A stretch of DNA of 64,000 nucleotides from contig CAVVYS010000025.1 in NCBI GenBank assembly GCA_963752525.1, positions 4,868 to 68,867 on the forward strand. Direction: 5' to 3'. This document shows, piece by piece, positions 1 to 9,526 of this stretch (position 1 is its first letter; each line of letters begins with the position of its first letter). Position numbers and translations under genes: made by a program. Below the pieces are notes generated by a model. The model did no database searches. It worked only from the letters and a program-made list of their open reading frames with translations, and was not told where the DNA came from. The DNA comes from an uncultured Bacteroidaceae bacterium. Its GTDB lineage: Bacteria > Bacteroidota > Bacteroidia > Bacteroidales > SM23-62.

Positions 1-1095
1 GTGAAAACTGACAGTACAGGATACACACTGATAGACCAGCAGAAACTTATGGCAAACGGAAGGATAGGTTTTGGTATTGAAGCTTTTGATTATCTCAACG
101 GTGCACGTAACCGCTGCGGACTATACAGTATAAAGATGCTCATCGACGGAGAAGAGAAATACCACTGGAAAATGGATCAGTTTACTTTCAGTGAATCAAG
201 ATATATCAACAGTTATATCGATTATGAAGAAAAGAAGGAGAACAGCAGGCTGGTACAGAAAACCTACCTGGAGCCAAATAATCGCCTGGGACTCTATCAA
301 CATGTTGAGAATGAGGGGATCATTGATTTTTCAGAGGACAGGCAATACCCGGTCAGGTTTATCCTGGAGGATGCTTATGCCAACAGCACAGAAATATCCT
401 TTACGATCCAGGGCGGTCAATCATACACTAAAACCCCATCCTCCCCCATTCATGATTTTGTCTCAACATTCACCTGGGATTCACCCAATGAATTCAGGAA
501 TGAAGATGTGGTCCTTACCATTCCCAATGGAAGCCTGTATAAGAACGTGGATTTTACTTATAAGAAAACTGAGGCTTTAGAAGGCTGCTGGTCCCCCGTC
601 CACCACATCCACAACATCTATACCCCCATGCATCTCTCAGGTGAGCTGGCCATAAGAGCGGATAGCCTTCCAAAATATCTCAGAGACAAAGCCTATCTTG
701 GATATATGAACGGAGAGGAAGGCCCAATGGAAGCAGCAGGAGGTATATGGGAAGATGGTTTGGTCAGGACAAAGATACGCTCCTTTGGCAGGTATACAGT
801 GCTGGTAGATACCATTGAACCTGAGGTAAAGCCACTTAACCTGGGCGGATCCAGGGATATGAGTGCAAAAACCTCCATTCGTTTCAGGGTAAGAGACCAG
901 CAATCGGGTATCAGATCCTATGAGGGTTATATTGACAATCACTGGGTACTGGTTGAATATGATCTGAAATACAACCTGGTGTTCTACCGGTTTGATCCCG
1001 AGCGGCTGGAGCAGGGAAAAAGCCATGAATTAGAATTATATATTATTGACAATAAAGATAATATAGCGTATTATTATACTGATTTTTATTGGTAA
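1..1095 (+). CDS. C-terminal part of a peptidase-associated protein (possibly M23/LytM family), 5' end cut by the window
   Basis: The frame is open from base 1 (the track's M is a GTG at base 1) for 364 codons. From memory it resembles the conserved C-terminal region of Bacteroidota M23 peptidases. No HxxxD/HxH catalytic motif lies in the visible part, so the family call is tentative. Confidence 0.45.
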   Translation: MKTDSTGYTLIDQQKLMANGRIGFGIEAFDYLNGARNRCGLYSIKMLIDGEEKYHWKMDQFTFSESRYINSYIDYEEKKENSRLVQKTYLEPNNRLGLYQHVENEGIIDFSEDRQYPVRFILEDAYANSTEISFTIQGGQSYTKTPSSPIHDFVSTFTWDSPNEFRNEDVVLTIPNGSLYKNVDFTYKKTEALEGCWSPVHHIHNIYTPMHLSGELAIRADSLPKYLRDKAYLGYMNGEEGPMEAAGGIWEDGLVRTKIRSFGRYTVLVDTIEPEVKPLNLGGSRDMSAKTSIRFRVRDQQSGIRSYEGYIDNHWVLVEYDLKYNLVFYRFDPERLEQGKSHELELYIIDNKDNIAYYYTDFYW

Positions 1096-1113
1096 TCCCT
1101 GGCCCGTTTTAAG

Positions 1114-2169
1114 ATGGATAATGAAAAAAAAATCCTGGGGATCATGTCCGGCACTTCACTTGACGGACTCGATCTCTGCATTTGCTCTTTCTGGGAGAGC
1201 GGTAAAAAATGGATCTATAGAATACATACTGCCCAAACCATCCAGTATTCTGGCGAGTGGATCAGAAAGCTTAATTCAGCCCCTCATCTGTCAGGGATCG
1301 ATCTGTTCAACCTTCACCAGGAATACGGACAATTCATCGCTGATAATGCCAGCAACTTTATAAAAACTTCCGGCTTAAGTGTTGACCTGATCTCTTCACA
1401 CGGACATACGGTTTTTCATCAGCCAGAGGCCGGTTTTACTATGCAGGCGGGTGATCCTCAGGTCATTGCTACTTCAACCGGCATAATAACTACAGGCGAT
1501 TTCCGGAAGATAGATGTCTTGCTTGGAGGACAGGGAGCGCCGCTGGTTCCTGTGGGTGACCATTATCTTTTCGGGGAATACGATTTCTGCCTAAACCTGG
1601 GCGGGTTTGCCAATATATCCTACCAGCCTGATGAACATCGGCTTGCCAGAGATGTTTCACCGGTTAATATCGTCCTTAATCAGCTGGCTTCAGAGCTGGA
1701 CCTTCCCTATGACAGAGAGGGTTTTGCGGGAAGATCAGGCAATGTCTCCGAGACCTTGCTTGGCCGTTTGAACAGCATAGATTATTATCATACCGCCGGT
1801 CCCGGTTCCCTCGGGCGAGAATGGGTGGAATATGAATTTTTGCCGGTACTCAGGGATTTCAATTTGCCTGTTACAGATCTCCTGAGAACCATGTATGAGC
1901 ATATCTCCTTTCAGATCGCCAGGCAAATCCGCCGGGGTGCTAAAGTCTTGCTTACCGGCGGTGGTGCTTATAATACCTTCCTGGTTGAGAGGATCAGGGA
2001 AATAAGCCGTGGAAACATTATCCTACCTTCCAATGACCTGATAGAGTATAAGGAAGCCCTCATCTTTGCATTTCTTGGATGGTTGAGGTACCATGAAAGG
2101 ATTAATTGCTTTGCCTCCGTCACCGGGGCCTCGAGGGACAGCTGCTGCGGAGTGATATACAGAAGTTAA
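1114..2169 (+). CDS. anmK: anhydro-N-acetylmuramic acid kinase
   Basis: The N-terminal ILGIMSGTSLDGLDL matches the AnmK GxMSGTSxDGxD signature. Length is 351 aa and the C-terminal GGGAYN-type ATPase motif (LLTGGGAYNTFL) is present. Confidence 0.9.
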   Translation: MDNEKKILGIMSGTSLDGLDLCICSFWESGKKWIYRIHTAQTIQYSGEWIRKLNSAPHLSGIDLFNLHQEYGQFIADNASNFIKTSGLSVDLISSHGHTVFHQPEAGFTMQAGDPQVIATSTGIITTGDFRKIDVLLGGQGAPLVPVGDHYLFGEYDFCLNLGGFANISYQPDEHRLARDVSPVNIVLNQLASELDLPYDREGFAGRSGNVSETLLGRLNSIDYYHTAGPGSLGREWVEYEFLPVLRDFNLPVTDLLRTMYEHISFQIARQIRRGAKVLLTGGGAYNTFLVERIREISRGNIILPSNDLIEYKEALIFAFLGWLRYHERINCFASVTGASRDSCCGVIYRS

Positions 2170-2200
2170 AGGATTTTTAATAATTTATTAGTTTTGGGAT

Positions 2201-3352
2201 ATGGAAAAATTTATAGCTCATAATCCTACAAAAGTACATTTTGGGAAAAACATTGTAGGTGAACTCGGAGCAGCTGCTGCACAGTTTGGAAAAAAAGCCC
2301 TGCTCCTATACGGAAAAGGATCCGTCATGCGCAATGGAAGTTACCAGGATACAAAAGACCAGCTTGATAAGGCTGGCATTGAAGTTTTCGAATTCAGCGG
2401 GATCAAACCAAATCCTATCATTGAAGATGTGGATGCGGCGGCGGCTATGGGAATCGAACACAGCGTGGATATGGTGGTTGCAGTGGGAGGTGGTTCTGTG
2501 ATTGATTCAGCAAAGGTTATTGCAGTCTGCATTAGTGAACAATGTGCTGGCTGGGATGTTATGAAAGGCCTGAGAGACCCGCAGGCGGTGATTCCCATCA
2601 TAGCCGTACTTACGCTTGCAGCTACGGGCAGCGAAATGAACGCTGTGGCAGTGGTGCAGAATATGCAGACCATGGAGAAATTCGGATACCGGCATACAAC
2701 AATGTTCCCTGATCATTCTTTCATGGACCCATCTTATACCTGCAGTGTCCCCGCTGACCATACAGGGTATGGTATCGCAGACCTTGTGGCCCATGTGCTT
2801 GAATCCTATTTCGGACAAGGAGATGCAAGCCTTTCAGACCGCTTCTCAGCATCCATCATCCTGGAAGCCATGGAATACGGTCCGAGATTAATGAAGGATC
2901 TCAATAATTATGACCTCAGGGCCCGTATCATGTGGGCTGCAACAAATGCATTGAATGGCCTTCTGGCTGGAGGGAGGGCGAACGGGGACTTTACCAGCCA
3001 TGCCCTCGGACACCAGTTATCTCTTTTATACGACACCATCCATGGTGCTTCACTTTCCATTGCATTTCCTGCATGGATGAGGCATATGAAACCGAAGATT
3101 GGGCATAGACTTGAAAAACTTGGACAGGATACTTTTGGTGATGCTTCGGCTGAAAGGACAATTGAAGCCCTTGAAAGTTTCTTTAAAGAGGTAAATTGTC
3201 CTATCCGTTTAGGTGATATTGGCATTGGTCCGGATCAAAAAGAAGAGATCGTTGCATTAATGATCAAAAACAAAGTCAATGGGAAAAATCCTGATAATCT
3301 ACTGAATGACACGGACAGGAAGCAAATCGTGGACCTGATGTTTTCAGAATAA
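2201..3352 (+). CDS. iron-containing (group III) alcohol dehydrogenase, YqhD/butanol dehydrogenase-like
   Basis: 383 aa with the GGGSVIDSAK nucleotide-binding motif. A His-rich metal site is present (DLVAHVLESY and SHALGHQLS...HG). A hairpin terminator follows. Confidence 0.85.
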   Translation: MEKFIAHNPTKVHFGKNIVGELGAAAAQFGKKALLLYGKGSVMRNGSYQDTKDQLDKAGIEVFEFSGIKPNPIIEDVDAAAAMGIEHSVDMVVAVGGGSVIDSAKVIAVCISEQCAGWDVMKGLRDPQAVIPIIAVLTLAATGSEMNAVAVVQNMQTMEKFGYRHTTMFPDHSFMDPSYTCSVPADHTGYGIADLVAHVLESYFGQGDASLSDRFSASIILEAMEYGPRLMKDLNNYDLRARIMWAATNALNGLLAGGRANGDFTSHALGHQLSLLYDTIHGASLSIAFPAWMRHMKPKIGHRLEKLGQDTFGDASAERTIEALESFFKEVNCPIRLGDIGIGPDQKEEIVALMIKNKVNGKNPDNLLNDTDRKQIVDLMFSE

Positions 3353-3357
3353 AAAAA

Positions 3358-3382
3358 GGCGCGATTGAGAATCGCGCCTTTT
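3358..3382 (+). terminator. Rho-independent terminator after the alcohol dehydrogenase gene
   Basis: GGCGCGAT-TGAGA-ATCGCGCC is a perfect 8-bp GC-rich stem. It is followed by TTTT and preceded by an A-run, 6 nt after the stop codon. Confidence 0.75.
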
Positions 3383-3631
3383 CACCCTAATTACTAACTA
3401 AAACACTAACCACTAAACCTATTTTTAACCTAAACCTTTAATTCTATAACGCGAAAATCGTGATTTTGTTTGTGAAGAAATGTTAAAATTGTCTTAAAAA
3501 GATTAAATTCCTGCACTTCATCGATTTGCCAATACAAATATATCTTGATTTATCCTTTTGGCAGACCTAATTTAACTGTTTAACAATTATTTAAGACCAA
3601 CTCTTAAAACCCTGTTAAAAAGGGGTCAAAA

Positions 3632-4516
3632 ATGCCTATATTGACATCACAATCATCTAATATTCGCATCATGAACCATGAAAAACTGATAAGGTTTTAT
3701 GAAAATAAAAACCAGCCCATTGTGGGCATAAATGACCCCGTTCTACCCAATACCTATTTTAATATTCTTAAACTGCCTGCAAACTCAGAAACAGTTATTT
3801 CCCTGGACAAATATGAACTGCTGTTTGTGGTACTAAGCGGAACATGTGATATAACTGCTGGTAATGAACTTTTTCAGGAAGTTGGCCGCAGAAAAGACAT
3901 CTGGTCTGGAAACGCCGATTCTGTCTATGCGGGTACAGCTGTACAAATAAAAATCAAAGTCTTAAATAATGATGTTGAATTAGCCATTGCAGGTTGTTTT
4001 TGTGACAAATCATTCGGTCCCTTCCGTATAGGTCCTGATGAAGTTGATATGGTGGATGTTGGCTCAAATGAAACAAAAAGCAGGAGGAGGATCTTCCATA
4101 TACTGGGACAAAACGCAAAGGACAGGACAGGCAACCTCCTGGTTAGTGAGTTACATGCCGACGAGGGATGCTGGTCAGGTTATCCGCCACATAAACATGA
4201 CACAGAGAATCCACCTGAAGAAACCGAATTCGAAGAACTCTATCATTATCGTTTTAATCCTGATAATGGTTTTGGTGCACAGTTTTGCTATCTTGATGGA
4301 GGAAAACCCAAATGTTATATGACTCAGAACGGAGATACTTTTGCCTTCCGGCAGGGATTTCATCCAACCGTAACTTCCCCAGGGCACAAAAGTTACATTT
4401 TTACAGTTCTTGTTGGGATTCACCAGCGATCATTGATACAAAATTTTGACAAGCAGTACAGATATATGATGGATAACATTCCGGGAATCGCCGATATGCG
4501 TTCAAAGTTTAAGTAA
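3632..4516 (+). CDS. iolB: 5-deoxy-glucuronate isomerase-like cupin (IolB family)
   Basis: The motif WSGYPPHKHDTENPPEETEFEELYHYRF matches the IolB SSYPPHKHD...EE.YY signature. Length is about 280-294 aa. The true start may be the internal ATG at 3671 (MNHEKL). Confidence 0.7.
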   Translation: MPILTSQSSNIRIMNHEKLIRFYENKNQPIVGINDPVLPNTYFNILKLPANSETVISLDKYELLFVVLSGTCDITAGNELFQEVGRRKDIWSGNADSVYAGTAVQIKIKVLNNDVELAIAGCFCDKSFGPFRIGPDEVDMVDVGSNETKSRRRIFHILGQNAKDRTGNLLVSELHADEGCWSGYPPHKHDTENPPEETEFEELYHYRFNPDNGFGAQFCYLDGGKPKCYMTQNGDTFAFRQGFHPTVTSPGHKSYIFTVLVGIHQRSLIQNFDKQYRYMMDNIPGIADMRSKFK

Positions 4517-4530
4517 AAAAACAGTAAATT

Positions 4531-5577
4531 ATGTCCAGGAGATCAACGGAACAATACTTATATAAGGTTTTAATTTACTTCGCTACTGTGTTGTTGGTCT
4601 TTCCTACCGGCTGCGGTAAAAGCACAAAGGAAGATCTGGAAAATGATCCGGAAATAAAAACCATACGTTTGTCACATTCCCATCCTGCCAGTTTCTCTTC
4701 AGAACTCCACCTGACAGCATGGGCATTTAAACAATATGTTGAGAGTCAGACAGAAAATATAGAAGTAAGAATTTATCCGGCCAATGCCCTTGGACAGGAG
4801 CGGGAAGTTTATGAAGCCATTCAACTGGGATCAGGAGCAAATTGCATCATAAGTGGAACGGCCATTCTGAATAATTTTATCCCTGAGTTCAGCGTCCTTG
4901 ACCTGCCTTATCTATGGAAGAACTATGATCATGTACACCAGGCACTGGATGGCCGGGCAGGTGACCTGCTGGAACAATATGCCGAACCATATGGTTTTAA
5001 GGTTCTGGCCTGGCTTGATAGCTGGGGTTACCGCCACATCGTCCTTGGCAAGGAAATATCAACCATAGATGACCTGGCTGGCCTGAAAATAAGAACCATC
5101 CAATCCAATACTTATATAGCCTCCATTAATGCCATGGGCATGAATGCTACACCCATGGCCTTCGGAGAAGTTTATTCAGCCATGCAGACAGGGATCCTTG
5201 ATGGATTTGAACATAATGCCACAGTGATCATGGCAAATAAGTTTTACGAAGTTTCTGAACAAATAGTGCTTTCACAACATCTTTTTGGAACAGTGGCATT
5301 CATTTATTCCCAGCAAGACTGGAACCGGTTTACATCAGATGAACAGAAACTCATACAGGAGGCAGCCGACATGGCCCGGGATATTCAGCGCGGCCTGGCC
5401 CCATTAAGGGAGAAAGAAGCACTCGGATTCCTGGAAGATCAGGGAATGGAAATTAAAACCATTGATACGAAAAATCTTGAGATAAAAACTTTGAATCTTC
5501 AAAATGAACTGGCTGAAAAAAATAATTGCCTTGAAGTGCTGGAGATCATCAGAGGAATTTCCTACGGTAATAATTGA
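4531..5577 (+). CDS. dctP: TRAP transporter substrate-binding protein (DctP family), lipoprotein
   Basis: 348 aa with a lipobox (VFPTGC) and a DctP-like body (RLSHSHP..., NALGQEREVYEAIQLGS, KIRT). It immediately precedes the DctQ and DctM genes. Confidence 0.85.
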   Translation: MSRRSTEQYLYKVLIYFATVLLVFPTGCGKSTKEDLENDPEIKTIRLSHSHPASFSSELHLTAWAFKQYVESQTENIEVRIYPANALGQEREVYEAIQLGSGANCIISGTAILNNFIPEFSVLDLPYLWKNYDHVHQALDGRAGDLLEQYAEPYGFKVLAWLDSWGYRHIVLGKEISTIDDLAGLKIRTIQSNTYIASINAMGMNATPMAFGEVYSAMQTGILDGFEHNATVIMANKFYEVSEQIVLSQHLFGTVAFIYSQQDWNRFTSDEQKLIQEAADMARDIQRGLAPLREKEALGFLEDQGMEIKTIDTKNLEIKTLNLQNELAEKNNCLEVLEIIRGISYGNN

Positions 5578-5586
5578 AATGATTGT

Positions 5587-6072
5587 ATGACTGCTAAGTT
5601 ATTCATTGGGAAATGCTATCATCTGCTGGATGATTTGATCAAATATGCTATTGTTATTGTTTTTCTGGTCATGGTGCTTACCGGAACAGTACAGGTGTTT
5701 AACCGCTATATTCTCAATCAGTCGTTGAGCTGGGGTGAGGAACTGCAGAAATTTTCCCATATCTGGCTGATCTTTCTTACCATACCGCTTGCCTACAGGA
5801 ACAGGGCCCACCTGGGTATGAACCTTTTTTACAGGAAGATGTCTAAGCAATCGAGATTTATATTCGACCTGATCATCCACCTACTCTGGCTGGCTTTTGG
5901 CTCTGTACTGATACTCATAACCTTTGACCTTGTCCACATTGGGACATTTCAAAATAGTCCTGGCTTAGGGATAAAAATGAGCTGGGTATATTCAGGTATC
6001 ATCATAGGCAATTTTTACCTGGTCTTAACAGCTCTTAGAAACCTTGTCTCTCATCTAGGATCCTCTTCATGA
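5587..6072 (+). CDS. dctQ: TRAP transporter small permease (DctQ family)
   Basis: 161 aa with four hydrophobic segments. Its stop overlaps the next start by 4 nt (ATGA at 6069-6072), which suggests translational coupling. Confidence 0.8.
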   Translation: MTAKLFIGKCYHLLDDLIKYAIVIVFLVMVLTGTVQVFNRYILNQSLSWGEELQKFSHIWLIFLTIPLAYRNRAHLGMNLFYRKMSKQSRFIFDLIIHLLWLAFGSVLILITFDLVHIGTFQNSPGLGIKMSWVYSGIIIGNFYLVLTALRNLVSHLGSSS

Positions 6073-7358
6073 TTGCAGGCCTCTTTATAGCGCTTCTTTT
6101 ATTGATCTTAATTGGAATTCCGGTTTATCTGGTCATTGGTATTATTTGCGTGGCAGGCTTTTTTCTGGTACCTGAAGTCACCCTGTCCCTTTTCCCACAG
6201 AAAATATTTGCGACAACAGATTCTTTCAGCCTGCTGGCACTACCCTATTTTATACTCGCAGGAGAGTTAATGGCCAAAGGGGGAATGAGCCGTAAGCTGG
6301 TGGCTTTTGCTGAGACACTCGTAGGCCATCTGCGTGGTGGCCTTGGCCATGCTTCCATTCTGGCATGCATGGCTTTTGCCAACATTACAGGTTCTGCAGC
6401 CGCATCAACCTCCGCGATAGGGTCCATATTAATTGAACCCATGTCAGAGAAAAAATACAAAAGAGGATTTTCTGCGTCCATCCTGGCAACGGCAGGGATC
6501 GTCGGGTCAATTATTCCTCCCAGCATGGTTATGATCGTGTATGGTTCAATGGCTGGAGTTTCTATCGGGGGATTATTCCTGGCAGGTATTATCCCCGGCA
6601 TACTGATCGTAATCGGATTAATGGTGACCGTATACCTGCATTCCTTCTTCCCTTCCTTTGCAGAATTGAGGGAAACCACATTGAAATTCAGCATAAAGAA
6701 GGTCTTTCAAACCCTTCCCCGGGTATGGGTGGCATTGCTTGCTCCTGTGATCATTCTGGGTGGTATCCTGGGGGGGGTTTTTACGGCTACCGAAGCGGGC
6801 ATTGTTACATGCCTTTATTCATTCATTGTCAGTGCCTTTATCTATCGGTCAGTGAAACTAGGAGACATCCCCGGAATTCTTATCAGCGCTGCCATAACTA
6901 CAACCATTGTGGTCGGTATTATTGGTGTTGCAGGTGCTTTTGGCTGGCTTCTCACCTACCTTGATTTTAATGAAAGTATCCTGAAACTGCTTTTGATATT
7001 CTCAGGGAACCAGACATTAACACTTATCTTTCTGGTATTGATCATGTTGATCCTGACAATGTTCGTAGAATCACTGGCCATCCTGATTATCATGATACCA
7101 GTAATCGTTTATATAGGTAACCTTTTTGGGTTTGATCCTTATTATCTGGGACTGGTCGTGATCATGGCTACCCAGATTGGAGCAACAACACCTCCTGTAG
7201 CAGTTGTATTATTCGTGGCAACAAGCATCGCAAAAACTTCTTATGAGGAAACCCTGAGATACTGTATCCCTTTCATCCTAACCCTGATCCTGATACTGAT
7301 ACTTATCATTGCTGTTCCTGCTCTATCTTCATGGATCCCCGGAGTCTTCATTAAATGA
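6069..7358 (+). CDS. dctM: TRAP transporter large permease (DctM family)
   Basis: 429-aa polytopic membrane protein with DctM-like motifs (LPYFILAGELM, GSAAASTSAIG). Confidence 0.85.
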   Translation: MIAGLFIALLLLILIGIPVYLVIGIICVAGFFLVPEVTLSLFPQKIFATTDSFSLLALPYFILAGELMAKGGMSRKLVAFAETLVGHLRGGLGHASILACMAFANITGSAAASTSAIGSILIEPMSEKKYKRGFSASILATAGIVGSIIPPSMVMIVYGSMAGVSIGGLFLAGIIPGILIVIGLMVTVYLHSFFPSFAELRETTLKFSIKKVFQTLPRVWVALLAPVIILGGILGGVFTATEAGIVTCLYSFIVSAFIYRSVKLGDIPGILISAAITTTIVVGIIGVAGAFGWLLTYLDFNESILKLLLIFSGNQTLTLIFLVLIMLILTMFVESLAILIIMIPVIVYIGNLFGFDPYYLGLVVIMATQIGATTPPVAVVLFVATSIAKTSYEETLRYCIPFILTLILILILIIAVPALSSWIPGVFIK

Positions 7359-8098
7359 TGAAGCAATTATTTTTTCAATACATGGATCTGTCCGATAAGG
7401 TTAAACTGGATAAGGACCAGCAGGCTGGCTGAAAAAGCCAGTTTCACAAGATTGGTAATCTGTTTTTTCTTCATTATATTAAATTAGTGAACATTAGTCA
7501 ATCTCCCAAACTTTTGGACATCTCCCATAATTCCTATCGATTTCTCTGCTTTGTAGGCAGGACCTTGATTTCGGAATTTTCCAAAGTGAAAAACAAAAGA
7601 AAATGAGGATACTTTCTCAGGATCTAGAAATAGCTGCCAGTCATTGGTATATGTTACAGACAGCACTGATATCGACAGCAAGGATGAACAAAACTCGAAA
7701 TAGATATATTTTATCCAGTTATTATCTGTATTGATGAATATTCGGGTAAAAAATATCTTTCAATAGATATTATTTATTTGTTTATTGTCATTATATGCTA
7801 ATAATCCGATATTTTACATCTTTTTCGATGAGCAGTCAATTGAATTGGGCCCCGGCATCTTAATATTCGATCCGGCAGTAGCGGACCAGGGAAGAAAAAA
7901 AGGAAATATGGATTGAAAATCATGGTGGGTATCTGCGATAAGTATAAAGTCTGTCATCGTAATACCAGGGGCTCCCGAAAACATTAATAGCACCTTAGCC
8001 TCAGCTCAGCTTTAGCTTTGGCTAAAATTTCGGGGTATGTCCAGCCCAAACTTCAGTGCCCCTAACTACTTCCTTTAATGGTGTTGTCTGTTCGGATT

Positions 8099-8116
8099 AT
8101 GTCTGCAGAAAGACAT
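8099..8116. promoter_or_regulatory. inverted repeat ATGTCT-GCAGAA-AGACAT upstream of the first island operon
   Basis: 6-bp perfect arms with a 6-nt spacer, read directly from the sequence. It lies about 90 nt upstream of the 8204 start and is followed by an A-rich tract. Function unknown. Confidence 0.3.
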
Positions 8117-8203
8117 AAAATACAAAAAAAAAAATGATAAGTATCACAGGGAACTGAGCAGATAGAGTATATTTAACTTCATGATCACCATAATGGAATC
8201 TTA

Positions 8204-9463
8204 ATGAGTAATTCTAGGGATAATTTCATAAAAACCATAAACCATCAGCAACCAGACCGGATTGTGGTGGATTTTGGAGGCACACCGACTTCAGGTATTC
8301 ATTGCCTGGCAGTTGAGAGACTGAGAGAGTATTACGGATTTGAGAAAAAACCGGTAAGGGTGATAGAACCCTTTCAAATGCTCGGTGAAGTGGATGCTGA
8401 CCTGGCTGAGGTTTTGGGCGTAGATGTTTACGGGGCCCTCGGTGAAGAAAACATGTTTGGCTTTTATAACCATGGCCCGTACAAGGAATTTAAAACCCAT
8501 TGGGGCCAGGTTGTCAGGGTACCTGAGAACTTCCATACCCAATTGGATGAAAATGGTGACCTGCTAATGTTCCCGAAGGGAGATATGACTGCCCCACCCT
8601 CTGCAAAGATGCCCCGTAGCGGTTATTTCTTTGATGCCATCATCCGCCAGGAACCCATTGATGAAGCCAGCCTTGATCCTGAGGATAACATGGAGGAGTT
8701 CAATGCAGTTACTGACAAAGACCTGGCATTCTGGGAAAAAGCTTCGAGGGAAGCAAGGAAAACGGGCAAGGCAGTGGCCGCTGCACTTGGAGGTACTGCG
8801 TTGGGAGATATTGCCCTGGTACCAGGCATGCAACTGAAAAATCCAAAAGGGATCAGGGACGTGGCGGAATGGTATATGAGCACCGTTATGCGTCCTGATT
8901 ATATAAAAACGATCTTTGAGAGGCAGATCGAATTGGCCATTCATAATTTCAGCCGGTATTATGAGGTGATCGGAGACAATATAGATGTGGTATTCATTTG
9001 CGGTACTGACTTTGGCACCCAGGATTCCACCTTTTGTTCCCCTGAACAGTTTGATGATATGTGGCTGCCCTATTACCGGAAAATCAATGACTGGATCCAT
9101 GAAAATACCCCATGGAAGAGTTTCAAGCATTCTTGCGGGGCAGTAAAATCTTTTATGCCAAAGTTCATTGAATCAGGCTTTGATATCATAAATCCGGTAC
9201 AGATCAATGCCACTGATATGGATCCTGCTGAACTTAAAAAGGAATTCGGTAGAGACCTGGTATTCTGGGGAGGGGGAATCGACACCCAGAAAACCCTGCC
9301 CTATGCCACACCAGATGAAATCAGGAAGGAAGTCCTGCGGCTCTGCGAAATCTTCGGCAAGGATGGAGGTTTTGTCTTTAATTCTGTCCACAATATTCAG
9401 GCTAATGTACCAGTGGAAAACATTGTAGCCGTAGTTGATGCGATAAAGGAATTTAACGGGTAA
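8204..9463 (+). CDS. uroporphyrinogen decarboxylase (URO-D) superfamily protein, MtaA/CmuA-like
   Basis: 419 aa with no signal peptide. The C-terminal half is typical of URO-D-like TIM barrels (FICGTDFGTQ, SFKHSCG, DIINPVQ, LVFWGGGIDTQ, GGFVFNSVHNIQ). Confidence 0.7.
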   Translation: MSNSRDNFIKTINHQQPDRIVVDFGGTPTSGIHCLAVERLREYYGFEKKPVRVIEPFQMLGEVDADLAEVLGVDVYGALGEENMFGFYNHGPYKEFKTHWGQVVRVPENFHTQLDENGDLLMFPKGDMTAPPSAKMPRSGYFFDAIIRQEPIDEASLDPEDNMEEFNAVTDKDLAFWEKASREARKTGKAVAAALGGTALGDIALVPGMQLKNPKGIRDVAEWYMSTVMRPDYIKTIFERQIELAIHNFSRYYEVIGDNIDVVFICGTDFGTQDSTFCSPEQFDDMWLPYYRKINDWIHENTPWKSFKHSCGAVKSFMPKFIESGFDIINPVQINATDMDPAELKKEFGRDLVFWGGGIDTQKTLPYATPDEIRKEVLRLCEIFGKDGGFVFNSVHNIQANVPVENIVAVVDAIKEFNG

Positions 9464-9526
9464 TTTTGCCTGCATACCGGTACCTGAAAAATCTGATCTG
9501 AATATTTTAGTATAACCATTTATATC

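Noticed and set aside
3385-3440. A CTAA/ACCTAA-rich low-complexity tract after the alcohol dehydrogenase terminator, considered as a possible repeat array.
   Set aside because: The units are short, irregular and unspaced. It has no repeat-spacer periodicity, so it is not a CRISPR array or a defined tandem repeat.
7484-7681. A 65-codon minus-strand ORF in the large intergenic gap.
   Set aside because: It has no recognisable family, no obvious translation signals, and sits in an otherwise non-coding AT-rich region. It may be a gene remnant, but I cannot support calling it a CDS.
7840-7890. A tRNA-like TTCGATCC (T-loop-like) motif followed by a CCA within the gap.
   Set aside because: The flanking bases do not pair into a T-stem, and no acceptor or anticodon arms can be drawn, so this is a chance match.
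7860-8203. A possible cobalamin riboswitch upstream of the first URO-D/MtaA-like gene.
   Set aside because: I looked for a B12-box-like core (GCCACTG context) and the usual conserved GC-rich helices and found none by eye. Only an Infernal/Rfam scan could exclude it formally.
8564-9130. Long antisense ORFs inside confidently called genes: 8564-9130(-), 20408-21076(+), 23638-24300(+), 28383-29189(-), 33470-34027(+), 41429-42007(+), and the 51370-54127(+) series opposite the AsmA-like gene.
   Set aside because: Each lies entirely within a longer ORF on the other strand that has clear family motifs. Their translations are low-complexity or Cys/His/Pro-rich with no motifs, so they are typical shadow ORFs.
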